DNA from: Octopus sinensis
Taxonomy: Eukaryota
NCBI RefSeq assembly: GCF_006345805.1
Contig: NC_043011.1
Location: 37,398,464-37,462,463, forward strand
Direction of reading: 5' to 3'
DNA: 64,000 bases
Shown: positions 12,691-24,632 of the stretch, one piece after another
Position numbering within the stretch: the stretch's first letter is position 1
Layout: the number at the start of each line of letters is the position of its first letter
Notes under the pieces: model-generated
Database searches by the model: none
The model's input: only the letters and a program-made list of their open reading frames with translations
What the model was told of the DNA's origin: nothing
Translations under genes and position numbers: made by a program

Positions 12691-15102
12691 ACATACATAC
12701 GTACATGCGGTAATGAACGTTATAACATTCCCTGACGGAGTCCAGAATGGATGTTACAGTTTAATTGCCATCTGCATAAATTCTGAACAATAATTCATAT
12801 GTAATGCCCAGGCAAATTCTTCGTTTACCTGTAATAGCTACTGATCTTCTTACTAGTACTATGATCTTTATTATTATTGCTGTTGTTGTTGTTGTTTATC
12901 GCTCGACTTTGAATAGGACCATTAATTAAACTGATATATTTCTGCAATATAAATCTACCACCTCAATGATTATAGTTCGTTCTAGGTAATTATCATAATC
13001 TCCCCAATTATTTGGCTTTATATTCCCAACATATGTGGAGTACAGATAAAGATAATATACCAATTAAAGGATTGCTTTTGAATGAATGAAACGCCAACAT
13101 AGCAGTGAATCAGTTCTATATACGTCTTAGCAAAATGTTTCACTTTGTATTAACACAATTCTTATGCACCTTGGGTGGAAATGGTCCCTGCAAAATGAAC
13201 CTTCCACTTTGGTGGAAATAATCCTTGAAACACGCGAACCAGTAGACGTAAGTATGTGGCAGTCCATTTTGTTGAGATACGCTATGTAAACTATTTGAGT
13301 TTTTCATTTATTTCCACTTGGCTGCTAACACATTTCATTCTCCTGACAATTACATTCGTCTATCAGATTTCTGTTTTGTTATGGCAATTGCAACTGCCTT
13401 TCTTTATACAACAAAACTAGCAGTATCGCCTCGCGTTACTCGGGTTTGTTTGGACCCGTTAGAATTGGAATTTTTGAAAAATAAAAATTTTGCATTATGT
13501 AGCTTGTTATTCTCTTTAAACTAATATTAATAATATTAATTTCTACTCTTGTTATCTTTTATCATGCTTTGCTACCTTTTAAACTATCAGGTTTGGTGAA
13601 ATTATTCTTAAAATTATTAATTGCTTTTTTAACTACTTTTTTATTTCTTTATGTTCGATTGAATTAACAGCCAACTCTCGCGCTCGTATGCAGCACACAC
13701 ATACACACACACACAAACACACACACATACACACACACATATTATTTCGCAACAGGTAAGTAATCTTGATATTTATGTACAGTCGTTAGTTGTAAATGTA
13801 ATCATTGGAATTACTGAGTACAACGTATCTATTTCTGAATACTGAAATATTTTAAAACATCAATCTTTTTGCCATAACAACCACATCTTTATAGCTTGCG
13901 AATTTTAACCATCGCGCATCCTCACTACGCATTTAGTATCCCTGCCAATTTTCAGCTCGATCCTAGCACGTCTAGTACCATTGAATCCTTACCAAAGCCA
14001 AAGTGTGCAAGTTTTTTGCTCTTTTATATAAGTAGATTTCATAAATAGAGATTACAACTAAACTGTTATAAATGTAGCATTTATTTTTATCCCTTGTCCT
14101 TTATCATTTGACGTGTTCATTCCTATTTCTGTAAGTAACGCTTACATTTTTCATTGTGAATATATGACTTCCTTTGTGAATATATGATTTCTATTGTATG
14201 CTCCAAGCATGTCATTTTAATTCTTAGCCAGACGATACAAATAGTTGAGCCATTATGGCGGTTGACGGAATACTTCACAGGACTTATCCTGACACTGCAC
14301 TCTGAGATGTACATTCCATTAAAATGAGCTCCTTCTTTGCTTGAGTTTGTTCCCTATGTTTGAAGTTGATAGAAGTAATCCGTCTAGGTTAATATATTAG
14401 TTGTATTTTAAAAGAAGCGAACCGGATGCACCATCCACTATTTGCTCATGTCCCCTGCTTTTAAACTCAAACGTTGCTTGGTTTAAAATCATCACTTTGA
14501 AACTTGGATGTAGATAGAGTTTGGCTTTTAGCAGAACCCAGTTTATTGCAATCATTTTATCCAGATTTCTGATTTGAAGATAACTTCCTCTCTTCCGTCC
14601 ATCTGTCCCTGTGGAGCCAAAAAACATTCATAGACACTGCTTCTCCTTTTGACTGCAAGACAGAGAAATGAAACAACCCTGCACACAAAACGTTCTGAAC
14701 CTCAATTTTAGTGACACGAAGGAAATGGTCTTCATATCGGAAACGTGGCTTAAAATCTTGTAAAAGACAGACCCTTCTAAAAGGCCTCTTTGTATCTTCA
14801 TGGCTTCTTTATGCATTGAGTTCAAACTCCACCAAGCACTGTTTTGATAGTAGACTTAAGGCTCAAGGACAACCACCTATATCTTGGATACCTCTATCAG
14901 AGTACATTTTTGTAAGCATCTGGAGCAAGACTCCTGTTTGATGATGACCTCCTCATTCCTCCCCTTGTTCGTCCATATTTCGAAGCCCTGTAAAATAACA
15001 TGACTACTCACATTCCTCTTAATTACACGATGAAAATATTCCTCTCAGATATTCATACATGCGTATTGGATAGATACTCAGTATCAATATTGTATCGTAA
15101 AT

Positions 15103-15315
15103 GCGATGAGCTGAAACAAGTGTCATCATGCCGGAAAAAAGTGCTTAGTAGTAGTTTATCTGTCTTTATGTTCTGAGTTCAAATTACTTCGAGGTGCATT
15201 TTGCCCTTCCTTGCTTTCGGGGTCAATGAAATAAGTACCAATCGAGTGCTGGGGTCAATGTAATGGACTTACGCCCTCTGTTGAAATTACTAGTTTTGTG
15301 CGAAAATTAGAAACC
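15103..15315 (+). mobile_element. SINE-A, degraded copy
   Basis: ttctgagttcaaattac...ttgcccttccttgctttcggggtcaatgaaataagtacc. Confidence 0.7.
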
Positions 15316-15334
15316 AATAATATTGCATCTTTCT

Positions 15335-15673
15335 TATTTCTTTATTGCCCACATAGGGCTGCACACAGGGGGGACAAAAAAGGACAGACAAACGGATTAA
15401 GTCGATTATATCGACGCCAGTGCGTAACTGGTACTTACTTAATCGACCCCGAAAGGATGAAAGGCAAACTCGACCTCGGCGGAATTTGAAGTCAGAACGT
15501 AGCGGCAGATGAAATACCTATTTCTTTACTACCCACAAGGATACTTAATCAACCCCGAAAGGATGAAAGGCAAACTCGACCTCGGTGGAATCTGAACTCA
15601 GAACGTAACGGCAGACGAAATACGGCGATGCATTTCGCCCGGCATGCTAACGTTTCCGCCAGCTCGCCGCCTT
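15335..15673 (-). mobile_element. SINE-A nested dimer (inner unit internally deleted)
   Basis: Two bodies joined at gaaatacc|tatttc (15518/15519); diverged TSD-like aataat..tgc.tctttct on both sides. Confidence 0.85.
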
Positions 15674-16120
15674 AAAATAATAATGCGTCTTTCTGTATCT
15701 AAAAACACATAGAACCCGCGTAATAGTTTATTTTTCCCTATTTATTTTAACCTTTTTTAATGTTATATCATTTAATATAAAAATATTTTTAAGGTAGTCC
15801 AATATGGTATTACGTAATTTTATTCATCGTTTTTGAAATCTGAATAATATTTACGTTTGTTCGGGCATATGACAATGGTGTCGCATGTAGAAGAAAAAAA
15901 ACGAAGCAATTTATTTTACAGCCCCTTATAAAATCGTGTAACTTAATTCCCGTCTCACAGTTCCTTAAAAATGTAGGTAACACATCTATGTTGTTAAGAT
16001 TAGGTTGTTGAGAGTGGGAATACTGGCGCAGGATGTACAAAAGCAAGGGTTAAAGTATCATCCATTAGATGCGTTTCATTATTTTTCTTTCTAATTAACG
16101 GCGAATTATTCTACCAATGA

Positions 16121-16504
16121 CAAGGCGGCGAGCTGGTAGAATCGTTAGAACGCCGGGCGAAATGCGTAGCCGTATTTCGTCTGCCGTTACGTTCTGAGTT
16201 CAAATTCCGCCGAGGTCGACTTTGCCTTTCATCCTTTCGGGTTCGATAAATTAATTATGCACTGGGGTCGATATAATCAACTTAATGCGTTTGTCTGTTC
16301 TTGTTTGTCTTCTCTGTGTTTAGCCCCTTGTGGCTAGTAAAGAAATAGAAATTTCGTCTGTCTTTACGTTCTGAGTTAAAATATCGCTGAGGTCTACTTT
16401 ACCTTTCGAGGACGATTAAATAAGTACCAGTTGCGTACTGAACCTGATCTAATCGGCGGTCCTCCTCCCCCAGAATTTCAGGCCTTGTGCCTTGAGTAGA
16501 AAAG
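16121..16504 (+). mobile_element. SINE-A dimer (tail-1 unit followed by tail-2 body)
   Basis: 16-bp TSD attattctaccaatga at 16105-16120 and from 16505. Confidence 0.9.
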
Positions 16505-16687
16505 ATTATTCTACCAATGAGTTATTCTGTCACCACTTAACGCGCTCCAAGTTTCGGCTACATCTTTTTTAACTATGTTGTGACAAATTATCTTTTTGTT
16601 TTAAGATAGGAATCACATACTCCAATCAAAAAAGGATTTCTTACACCAGTATGTCCACAACTAATAAAGGACACCAGTATAAATACC

Positions 16688-17106
16688 TATTTCTTTATTA
16701 CCCACAAGGGGCTAAACACAGAGGGGACAAACAAAAACAGACATAGGTATTAAGTCGATTACATCGACCCCAGTGCGTAACTGGTACTTAATTTATCGAC
16801 CCCGAAAGGATGAAAGGCAAAGTCGACCTCGGCGGAATTTGAACTCACAACGTAACGCAGACGAAATATCTATTTCTTTATTACCCACAAGGAGCTAAAC
16901 ACAGAGGGGACAAACAAGGACAAACATAGGTATTAAGTCGATTACATCGACCCCAGTGCGTAACTGGTACTTAATTTATCGACTCCGAAAGGATGAAAGG
17001 CAAAGTCGACCTCGGCGGAATTTGAACTCACAACGTAACGCAGACGAAATACCGCTAAGCATTCCGCCCGGCGTGCTAACGTTTCTGCCAGCTCGCCGCC
17101 TTTAGC
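16688..17106 (-). mobile_element. SINE-A dimer
   Basis: Two near-identical ~180-bp bodies plus one head; TSD tataaatacc at 16678-16687 and 17107-17116. Confidence 0.9.
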
Positions 17107-17249
17107 TATAAATACCGATAACACTTCCTCATTTTTCTCATTCCTTCTTTCGCTTTAAAGTACTCTAGAGTATAGCTGATTAGAGCTACGTGCAATGACA
17201 TTGATCATCTTGGAATTCATTCTCATGTTGTTGTTGTCGTCGTCGCTTT

Positions 17250-17839
17250 GTCTTTTTCATTCAAATTCTTCCCCTTCATAATTTCAAATACCTCTTCGTG
17301 GGTTCTTCTTTCAAATTTGCTTTCTTGTTGCTGTTTTTGTTGCCCTTTGTTCAATATTTCTTCCTTTTCCTTTTCCCACTTTCTACTTCCCAATCACTTT
17401 TCTTGCCCCAAATTCTCTTTCTTTCAAATTTCAATTTTCTGTTTCAAATTCGTCTTTCAAGCATTTTCATTCATCCATCTCTTCTCCTCCATCTCCTTCT
17501 TCTTCTTTCCTTTTTTCCTCATCCACTTCATGTTATTCATTCACTCATACTTTTGTTTCTCTACAACCTCTGTTTCCCTTTTTCTGTTTATTCTTTTCTC
17601 CTATTCCCTTTCCCTCTTTCGCTTCTTTTCCCCTCCATTTTGTTGTTGTTGTTGTTGTTCTTCTTCTTCTACTTCTTGTTCTTCTTCTTGTTCTTCCTCT
17701 TCTTGTTCTTGTTCTTCTTCTTGTTCTTCTTCATGTTCGTCTTCTTGTTCTTCTTGTTCTTGTTCTTCTTCTTCTTGTCCTTCTTCTTGTTCTTCTTCTT
17801 CTTCTCCTTCTCTTCTCCTTCTTCTTCTTCTTCTTCTTC

Positions 17840-17871
<32 letters not shown>

Positions 17872-18070
17872 CTTCTTCTTCTTCTCTTTCTGTTTTTTCT
17901 TACATTTCCCTCATTCACCTTCATGTTAATCATTCATTCATTCTTTTATTTCTACATCCTCTATATCTCTTTTTCATTTCCTTCTTTTTCTCTCATTTCC
18001 TTTTCCTCTCGATCAACTTCCTCTTCCTTCTCCTCCACTACCTCTCCCGCCCCCCTCCACTCCGTTTTAT
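17250..18070. repeat. Pyrimidine-rich low-complexity tract containing (CTT)n/(GTT)n (17640-17885)
   Basis: Direct observation; explains the 278-aa, 292-aa and 110-aa ORFs. Confidence 0.95.
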
Positions 18071-18864
18071 TTCCTTCATTCTGAAAGTAAGCTGCGCTCA
18101 TCAAAACTTTGAACAAAACCACTGCTTTTACAACAGAGACTTGAAATCATTAAAGACCATTAAATCGTTAAACTAACATGTGGTTACTAACTTACCTCTA
18201 AGGACACATCACAGAAAACAAAATCAGACACGAGTTGTTTTAACTCTTTACTTAATGAACACAATTGATAAATGAGCGATGTTTACACTATTTCCCCCAT
18301 GAGCGTTACACAACTTTTATCTAATTTATTTCAATTCATTTGTTGTCATTGTATATAAATCTACAATGTAAATTATATTGTAGTCCCGAGGTGTATCGGC
18401 AATAAATACATCTCAAACGATAATAAAAATAACATATAACAATGAAAGAAAACTGTATTAATACAAAAATTGCAAATACAACATGGCGACAATGAAATCA
18501 CAGATATCTGCGCGCATACACAGAATCCATCGTTACTAATTGTAAATACTGATTTATATGACAAGCAAAAGGCAGTATGTTTTGCGAGGTGGTTGTAGAG
18601 GGAGGTTTCTGCAAGTGATTGTGGCAGGTAACTGGCTGAATCATATGAGTGTTAGCAAGAAAGTCCTCGCTATATTTGTCCTATGTCTTTACGTTCGGAG
18701 TTCGAATCCCGCTTGAAGTCAAATGTAGTTTGTTTTTTTTGTCTAGTGCCGATACAACAAAAATGTATGACACAACGATGCGGTGGATTAGAATATTTGT
18801 AAGGGCTTTGGCGAAAATGCTTTAACATATTTTAACCGGTCGCATTTCTTCAAGTTCAAATACC

Positions 18865-19089
18865 TATTTCTTTACTACTCACAAGGGGCTAAACACAGAA
18901 AAGACAGACAAACGGATTAAGTCGATTATATCGGCCCCCAGTGCGTAACTGGTACTTATTTAAACGACCCCGAAAGGATGAAAGGCAAAGTCGACCTCGG
19001 CGGAATTTGAACTCAGAACGTAACGACAGACGAAATACTGCTAAGCGTTTTCCCCCGGCGTGCTAATATTTCTGCCAGCTCGCCGGCTT
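18865..19089 (-). mobile_element. SINE-A monomer inserted into an older degraded SINE-A copy
   Basis: Perfect 16-bp TSD ttcaagttcaaatacc at 18849-18864 and 19090-19105. Confidence 0.9.
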
Positions 19090-20225
19090 TTCAAGTTCAA
19101 ATACCACCGAGTCTAAATTCAAATTTTACCATTCCAGTGCCTGTTCAGGATACCCATTCAGGATGAGCAGTAAGCGGAATAGGTATATGTTTAAGATGTG
19201 TGCGTTCCAAGTTCAAATTCCACCGTGATTCCCTTTACTTTTTATGCTACCGAGAGGATACACCAGATAAAATAACGTATCAATGCGGATGAATGATTGA
19301 CGTAACTGATAGAACGTTGGGGAAAGTATTTTGCAGTATATGACCTGGATCTACATATTGTGGGTCCATACAGTGCTTAGACCACATTTGAACTTTATCC
19401 TTTCAGGGTCAACGAAATATAATAGAGCAGGGCGATGGATTGACAGATTGAAAACGCGTTGATAACAATGCATTATGGTATATAACCTTGGTCTAAATAT
19501 TCCGGATTCAAATATTACCGACACAGAGTTTGCCTTTTATAGTTCTCGGTTAATTTAAAAAATAAAATATTAGAAATGTGTGATGGATAGGCGGAAATGA
19601 ACGAGATCTGCCGAAAATGCGTCACTATATACGCACCAGCTCTGTTTTTTATGAGTACCCAGTTAGGTATAGCGAAGGTATGAATGTTTATCTGAGAAGA
19701 TGGCGTCCAGTACGAAAGGGAAAAAGTATCGGGAAGAAGCAATCGAATACGATGCTTATATTATCCTTCGAAATAGTTATGTCAATAATGACAACCTGAT
19801 GGCGCAGGGTGAATTAAGCTTCAAAGAGTGTAATCAATAAGTTAATGGTAACGATAAATAAAGTAAAATCAACTCTATGAAATATAATGGGGCTCCGGTT
19901 GCCTCGAAAGAAATTCTTTAGTTAATATTACAAATCCATCGTCACTTACGACAGGATGCACTCCATCAGAAGTGCTTAATTTTGTCACGTACTAAGGTAA
20001 ACCTGGCAACTGGTTAAGTCTACCGCACAAGTACCCTACGGAAGGAATTGAATTCGTGCGGCAAGGGGGCAGAACAAATACCGTAAGAGATCTGTTCCAA
20101 CATTCTTACAGTTCTATCAATCCATCCCTTTGAGTTATGTTCACCTATTCTGTGACTTGAATGTGATCTGAACTCAGAACACTGAGTGTCAGAACAAATA
20201 CAGCGAGGATTTCGACCCCGTTTCA

Positions 20226-20644
20226 TATTTCTTTATTGCCCACAAGGAGCCAAACACATAGGAGATAAACAAGGACAGGCAAAGGGATTAAGTCGATTAT
20301 ATCGACCCCAGTGCGTAACTAGTACTTAATTTATCGACCCCGAAGGGATGAAAGGCAAAGTCAGCCTCGGCGGAATTTGAACTCAGAAAGTAACGGCAGA
20401 CGAAATATCTCGATCTTTACTACTTGCAAGGCGCTCAACACAGAGAGGACAAACAAGGACAGACAAACGGATGAAGTCGATTATATCGACTCCAGTGCGT
20501 AACTGGTACTTAATTTATCGACCCCGAGAGGATGAAAGGCAAAGTCGACCTCGGCGGAATTGGAACTGAGAACGTAGCGGCGGACGAAATACCACATAGC
20601 ATTTGATCCGGCGTGCTGACGTTTCTGCCAGTTCGCCGCCTTAA
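20226..20644 (-). mobile_element. SINE-A dimer
   Basis: Two bodies plus one head; TSD-like ttcga(c/t)cccgtttc on both sides. Confidence 0.88.
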
Positions 20645-21030
20645 TTCGATCCCGTTTCTGTTCAATAATGACTGCAGAAGTTAGCAATTGACAGTATACT
20701 GATTTCATCCGGTGAAACATATTCTTTTTACCCTCGTTGGTTTCTAACAAGCTTCCTCACCACGTTATAGCTGTTTGTTGGTAAGGTAGTTTCCAACAAC
20801 CTCACCTGGTGATAGCTTGAGCATGATTTCATATATTTCCTGCAGCATTCAAGACTATCCCTTGTCTCTAAATATGAATAAAATCAATTAATCAGTATCG
20901 TAAAATAGCCTGAATCTAAAACCAAACTAATTAACTTTGCCATTTGCAAGTAGTTTTTGTGATAAATGTGACCTCCCCTGTAATGAAATATTTGTGACTT
21001 CTTGAAAATGAAGATATCAACAGATATCAT

Positions 21031-21370
21031 GGCACTCCGACGAATACAACGACGAGGGTTCCAGTTGATCCGATCAACGAAACAGCCTGCTCGTGAAATT
21101 AACGTGCAAGTGATTGGGTACTTCACAGGTACGTGTACTCTTAATGTATTTCTCAGGGAGATTCAACATGATGTAGAGTGTAACAAGGCTGGCCCTTTGA
21201 AATGCAAGTACAACAGAAACAGGAAGAAAGAATGAAGGTTGTGGTGAAAGGGTTCAGCAGATTTCGCAAAAACCCACCTCCTACGAGAGCCTCGTGGTGC
21301 TTTTAGTTGTTTTCACTCAATAAACACTCACAACGCCCGGTTTGGGAATCGAACCTGCGATACTACGGAA
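21031..21370 (-). mobile_element. SINE-C group element (degraded)
   Basis: Homologous to 4395-4585 and 51273-51592; reverse-complement B-box gggaatcgaacc near 21345. Confidence 0.7.
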
Positions 21371-22004
21371 TTCAGTTAAGATAGCCACACAATGGAAATT
21401 GACTTGTCATGTTTCAAACAGATGAATATCATAAAAGAATTATTTTCACAATGTAGCATTCCGTTGCAGTTTAATTAATTGTCAGAGGGGATTTATAAAT
21501 TTAGAGAGTAAGAAATCAAATTTAACAATCGCTTTAGTTGTTTAGCACTGCTAGGAATTGGATAAACAAAGATTAGTTTTCAATCTTTACCAGATCAGAT
21601 TGCAGAGAATAAATTTTAATTCTGTATCGTAAGAAATAAATCAATGTCGGAGGGAAGGGGCATTTCTTCTTATTCAATGATATCTTAACAACTTGAGCTC
21701 GTTGCTGAATTAAATCAAACGAAGTTTCCGTTATTTTCGAGAATAATTTGCCCCGCAGTAGTAACATCGCAGGAGCAGGTGTTTAAATAATTTCATATCA
21801 TTGTCGGTAATTATGGCATACATAATTGCAAAGTGTTGTAGGGCGTCAATGGCCGTGGTATTATGTTCTATGCTCGGCTACAAGTGCAAAAGAACTCATA
21901 AGAAAAGAGTTCTAGTTGCAAAACGTTTGAAGGAACTGTAACTCACTATAATAACAAGAGAAATATCAGGAAAGGAACAACTGATTGTCACAACCTACGA
22001 ACAC

Positions 22005-22095
22005 ACACACACACACACACATACATACATACATACATACATACATACATACATACATACATACATAATACATACATACATACATACATACATAC

Positions 22096-22149
<54 letters not shown>
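22005..22149. repeat. (CA)n-(TACA)n-(TA)n microsatellite, left flank of the palindromic element
   Basis: Direct observation. Confidence 0.95.
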
Positions 22150-22156
<7 letters not shown>

Positions 22157-22376
22157 TCAATATAGGGTGGCAAGGAAAATTTTGTAGAATTTTATTGCCA
22201 CCAGCGGCCCAGCGGGAAAAAAATTAAATAGTCATAGACCATTTTTAAGTTCAACATTAACAATTAAGGAACGGCCATAATAGGCCATTCACCCACTAGA
22301 AATAACAGCCAAGCTTCTACCGCAAATAAAGATTAATTCCGTAAACAGGAGAAAATTAAAAAACATTTACCCTGTA

Positions 22377-22482
22377 ATTTCTTGTACGGTATACCGTTTC
22401 ATCCGCTGTTTAATGGTATACTAACTGATTAAATTAAATCAAGCCAATCTTCCATAAGCCCTCGGATTCTTCAGCAAGAAAT
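22377..22482 (-). ncRNA. Type-I hammerhead ribozyme (left arm)
   Basis: Exact mirror of 22854-22960 except one base in the stem II extension. Confidence 0.85.
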
Positions 22483-22853
22483 AGCTCAAGACGGAACAGA
22501 TATATACACGAGGCATACCCAATCTTGCCAAGTCAATATCTGACCTAAAATTTTCAAATCGTCGCACTCGCGCCAAATTTATCGGCAGCAAATAAATATC
22601 AGCCGTCGATTCCATTACGGAATTAACCAAAAAATTCATAATTAATCAATATAGGGTGGCAAGGAAAATTTCCTTGCCACCCTATATTGATTAATTATGA
22701 ATTTTTTGGTTAATTCCGTAATGGAATCGACGGCTGATATTTATTTGCTGCCGATAAATTTGGCGCGAGTGCGACGATTTGAAAATTTTAGGTCAGATAT
22801 TGACTTGGCAAGATTGGGTATGCCTCGTGTATATATCTGTTCCGTCTTGAGCT

Positions 22854-22960
22854 ATTTCTTGCTGAAGAATCCGAGGGCTTATGGAAGATTGGCTTGATTT
22901 AATTTAATCAGGTTAGTATACCATTAAACAGCGGATGAAACGGTATACCGTACAAGAAAT
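22854..22960 (+). ncRNA. Type-I hammerhead ribozyme (right arm)
   Basis: Stem I ATTTCTTG(22854-61)/CAAGAAAT(22953-60); core CTGAAGA (22862-68); stem II ATCCG/CGGAT with a long structured insert; GAAA (22937-40); stem III CGGTATACCG; GUA cleavage triplet ending at 22952. All conserved core positions are intact. Confidence 0.87.
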
Positions 22961-23104
22961 TACAGGGTAAATGTTTTTTTAATTTTCTCCTGTTTACGGA
23001 ATTAATCTTTATTTGCGGTAGAAGCTTTGGCTGTTATTTCTAGTGGGTGAATGGCCTATTATGGCCGTTCCTTAATTGTTAATATATATATATATATATA
23101 TATA

Positions 23105-23325
23105 CGTATATGTGTGTTTGTTTCTCTCAGTCTGTCTCTCCCCGCAACATTACTGACTGACTACCGATGTTGGCTTCTTTACATCATCGCAAATGTGCGG
23201 TTCGGCAACAGTGACCGATAGAATAAGTAGTAGGCTTACAAAGAATGGGACCTGGGTTCGATTTGTTCGACCAAAAGCGGTGCTCCAAAATGGCTGCAGT
23301 CAAGATGTCTGAAACAAATAAAAGA
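23105..23325 (+). mobile_element. SINE-B 3' half
   Basis: cggttcggcaac...gatagaataagtagtaggcttacaaagaat...gcggtgctccaaaatggctgcagtcaagatgtctgaaac. Confidence 0.8.
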
Positions 23326-23511
23326 ATATATATGAATGTATATATGTGCATATATATATATTTATAAGTATATTTCAAAACCGAATGGCTGATGTATTAA
23401 CACCTAGTGGTTGATACCAGAATGTTGATTGAAATGCTACATATTGAATGAATCATACATCTGGGAATACTAGTGTTGTCAAAGTGAATTCCTATGGTAC
23501 TTGAAAATAGA

Positions 23512-24100
23512 TATTCCTTTCTACTCTAGGCAAAAAGGCTCGACATTTTTGGGGAGGTGGCCCATCGATTAGATCGGCCCCAGTACGCAACTGTTTCTTA
23601 ATTAATCGATTCCGAAACGTTGAAAGGCAAAGTCGACCTTGGTGGAATTTGAACTCAGAGCGTAAAGACATACGGAATACCCATTTCTTTACTACCCACA
23701 ACGGGCTAAACACAGCGAGGACAAACAAGGACAGACAAACGGATTAAGTCGATTACATCGAATCCAGTGCGTAACTTGTACTTATTCAATCGACCCCGAA
23801 ATAATGAAAGGCAAAATCGACCTCGGCGGAATTTGAAGTCAGAACGTTACGGCAGACGAAATACCTATTTCTTTATTACCCACAAGGGGCTAAACATACA
23901 GGGGTCAAACAAGGACAGGCATAGGTATTATGTCGATTACATCGACCCCAGTGCGTAACTGGTACTTAATTTATCGACCCCGAAAGGATGAAAGGCAAAG
24001 TCGACCTCGGCGGAATTTGAAGTCACTACGTAACGGCAGACGAAATACCGCTAAGCATTTCACTCGGCATTCTTAACATTTCTGCCAGTTCACTGCCCTA
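23512..24100 (-). mobile_element. SINE-A trimer (head, two tail-1 units, tail-2 body)
   Basis: Junctions at 23681/23682 and 23865/23866. Confidence 0.88.
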
Positions 24101-24214
24101 AAATTGAAAATTGTCTGCGTTACCTGAAATGTGTGAGGCGATTCTGAAGTCATCTGTAACTTAGTTTAAATTCTCGCAGAAGGGCGGGGCAGCAATCCTG
24201 GGGGCGAGGCTAGC

Positions 24215-24632
24215 TACACAACATCGACCCCACTACACCATTGATACTTATTTTATCTATTTCGAAAGGATGTAAATCAAAGTCGAACACGGCAGAATAT
24301 CAACTCAGAACGTGAAAACGAACGAAATGGCGCGAAGCTGCGACATACTTTGTTTAGGGTCATTTTACAGATATTTTGAGTGAAAATATATATTTCTTTA
24401 CTACCCACAAGGAGCTAAACACAGAGGGGACAAACAAGGACAAACAAAGGGATTAAGTCGATTACATCCACCGCAGTGCGTAACTGGCACTTAATTTATA
24501 GACCCCGAAAGGATGAAAAGCAACGTCGAACACGGCAGAATTTCAACTCAGAACGTGAAAACGAATGAAATGGCGCGTAGCAGCGCCATTTTTTGTTTAG
24601 GGTCATTTTACAGGTATTTTGAGTGAAAATAT
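24215..24632 (-). repeat. Tandem duplication of a degraded SINE-A segment plus flank, with a SINE-A tail at the junction
   Basis: gtcgaacacggcagaat.tcaactcagaacgtgaaaacgaa.gaaatggcgcg...tttagggtcattttacag.tattttgagtgaaaatata occurs twice (ending ~24392 and ~24632). Confidence 0.75.

Larger units (their letters stand above)
22150..23083. mobile_element. Palindromic hammerhead-ribozyme retroelement (Penelope-like pLTR or retrozyme) inserted in (TA)n
   Basis: Arms 22256-22667 and 22669-23083 are reverse complements around a single A at 22668; the ORF track gives identical 66-aa ORFs at mirror positions; each arm has a complete hammerhead core; 33-nt direct repeat at 22150 and 22639; (TA)n on both sides. 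Confidence 0.8.

Noticed and set aside
14100-14950. Unique, slightly GC-richer block as a gene or LINE
   Set aside because: All frames are interrupted and no diagnostic motif is recognised; possibly an ancient TE, but unsupported.
17248-18176. 278-aa and 292-aa ORFs
   Set aside because: They are translations of a (CTT)n and pyrimidine-rich tract that cannot form stop codons.
22439-22897. Two identical 66-aa ORFs as a duplicated gene
   Set aside because: They are a by-product of the palindrome, overlap the ribozyme, and show no recognisable domain.
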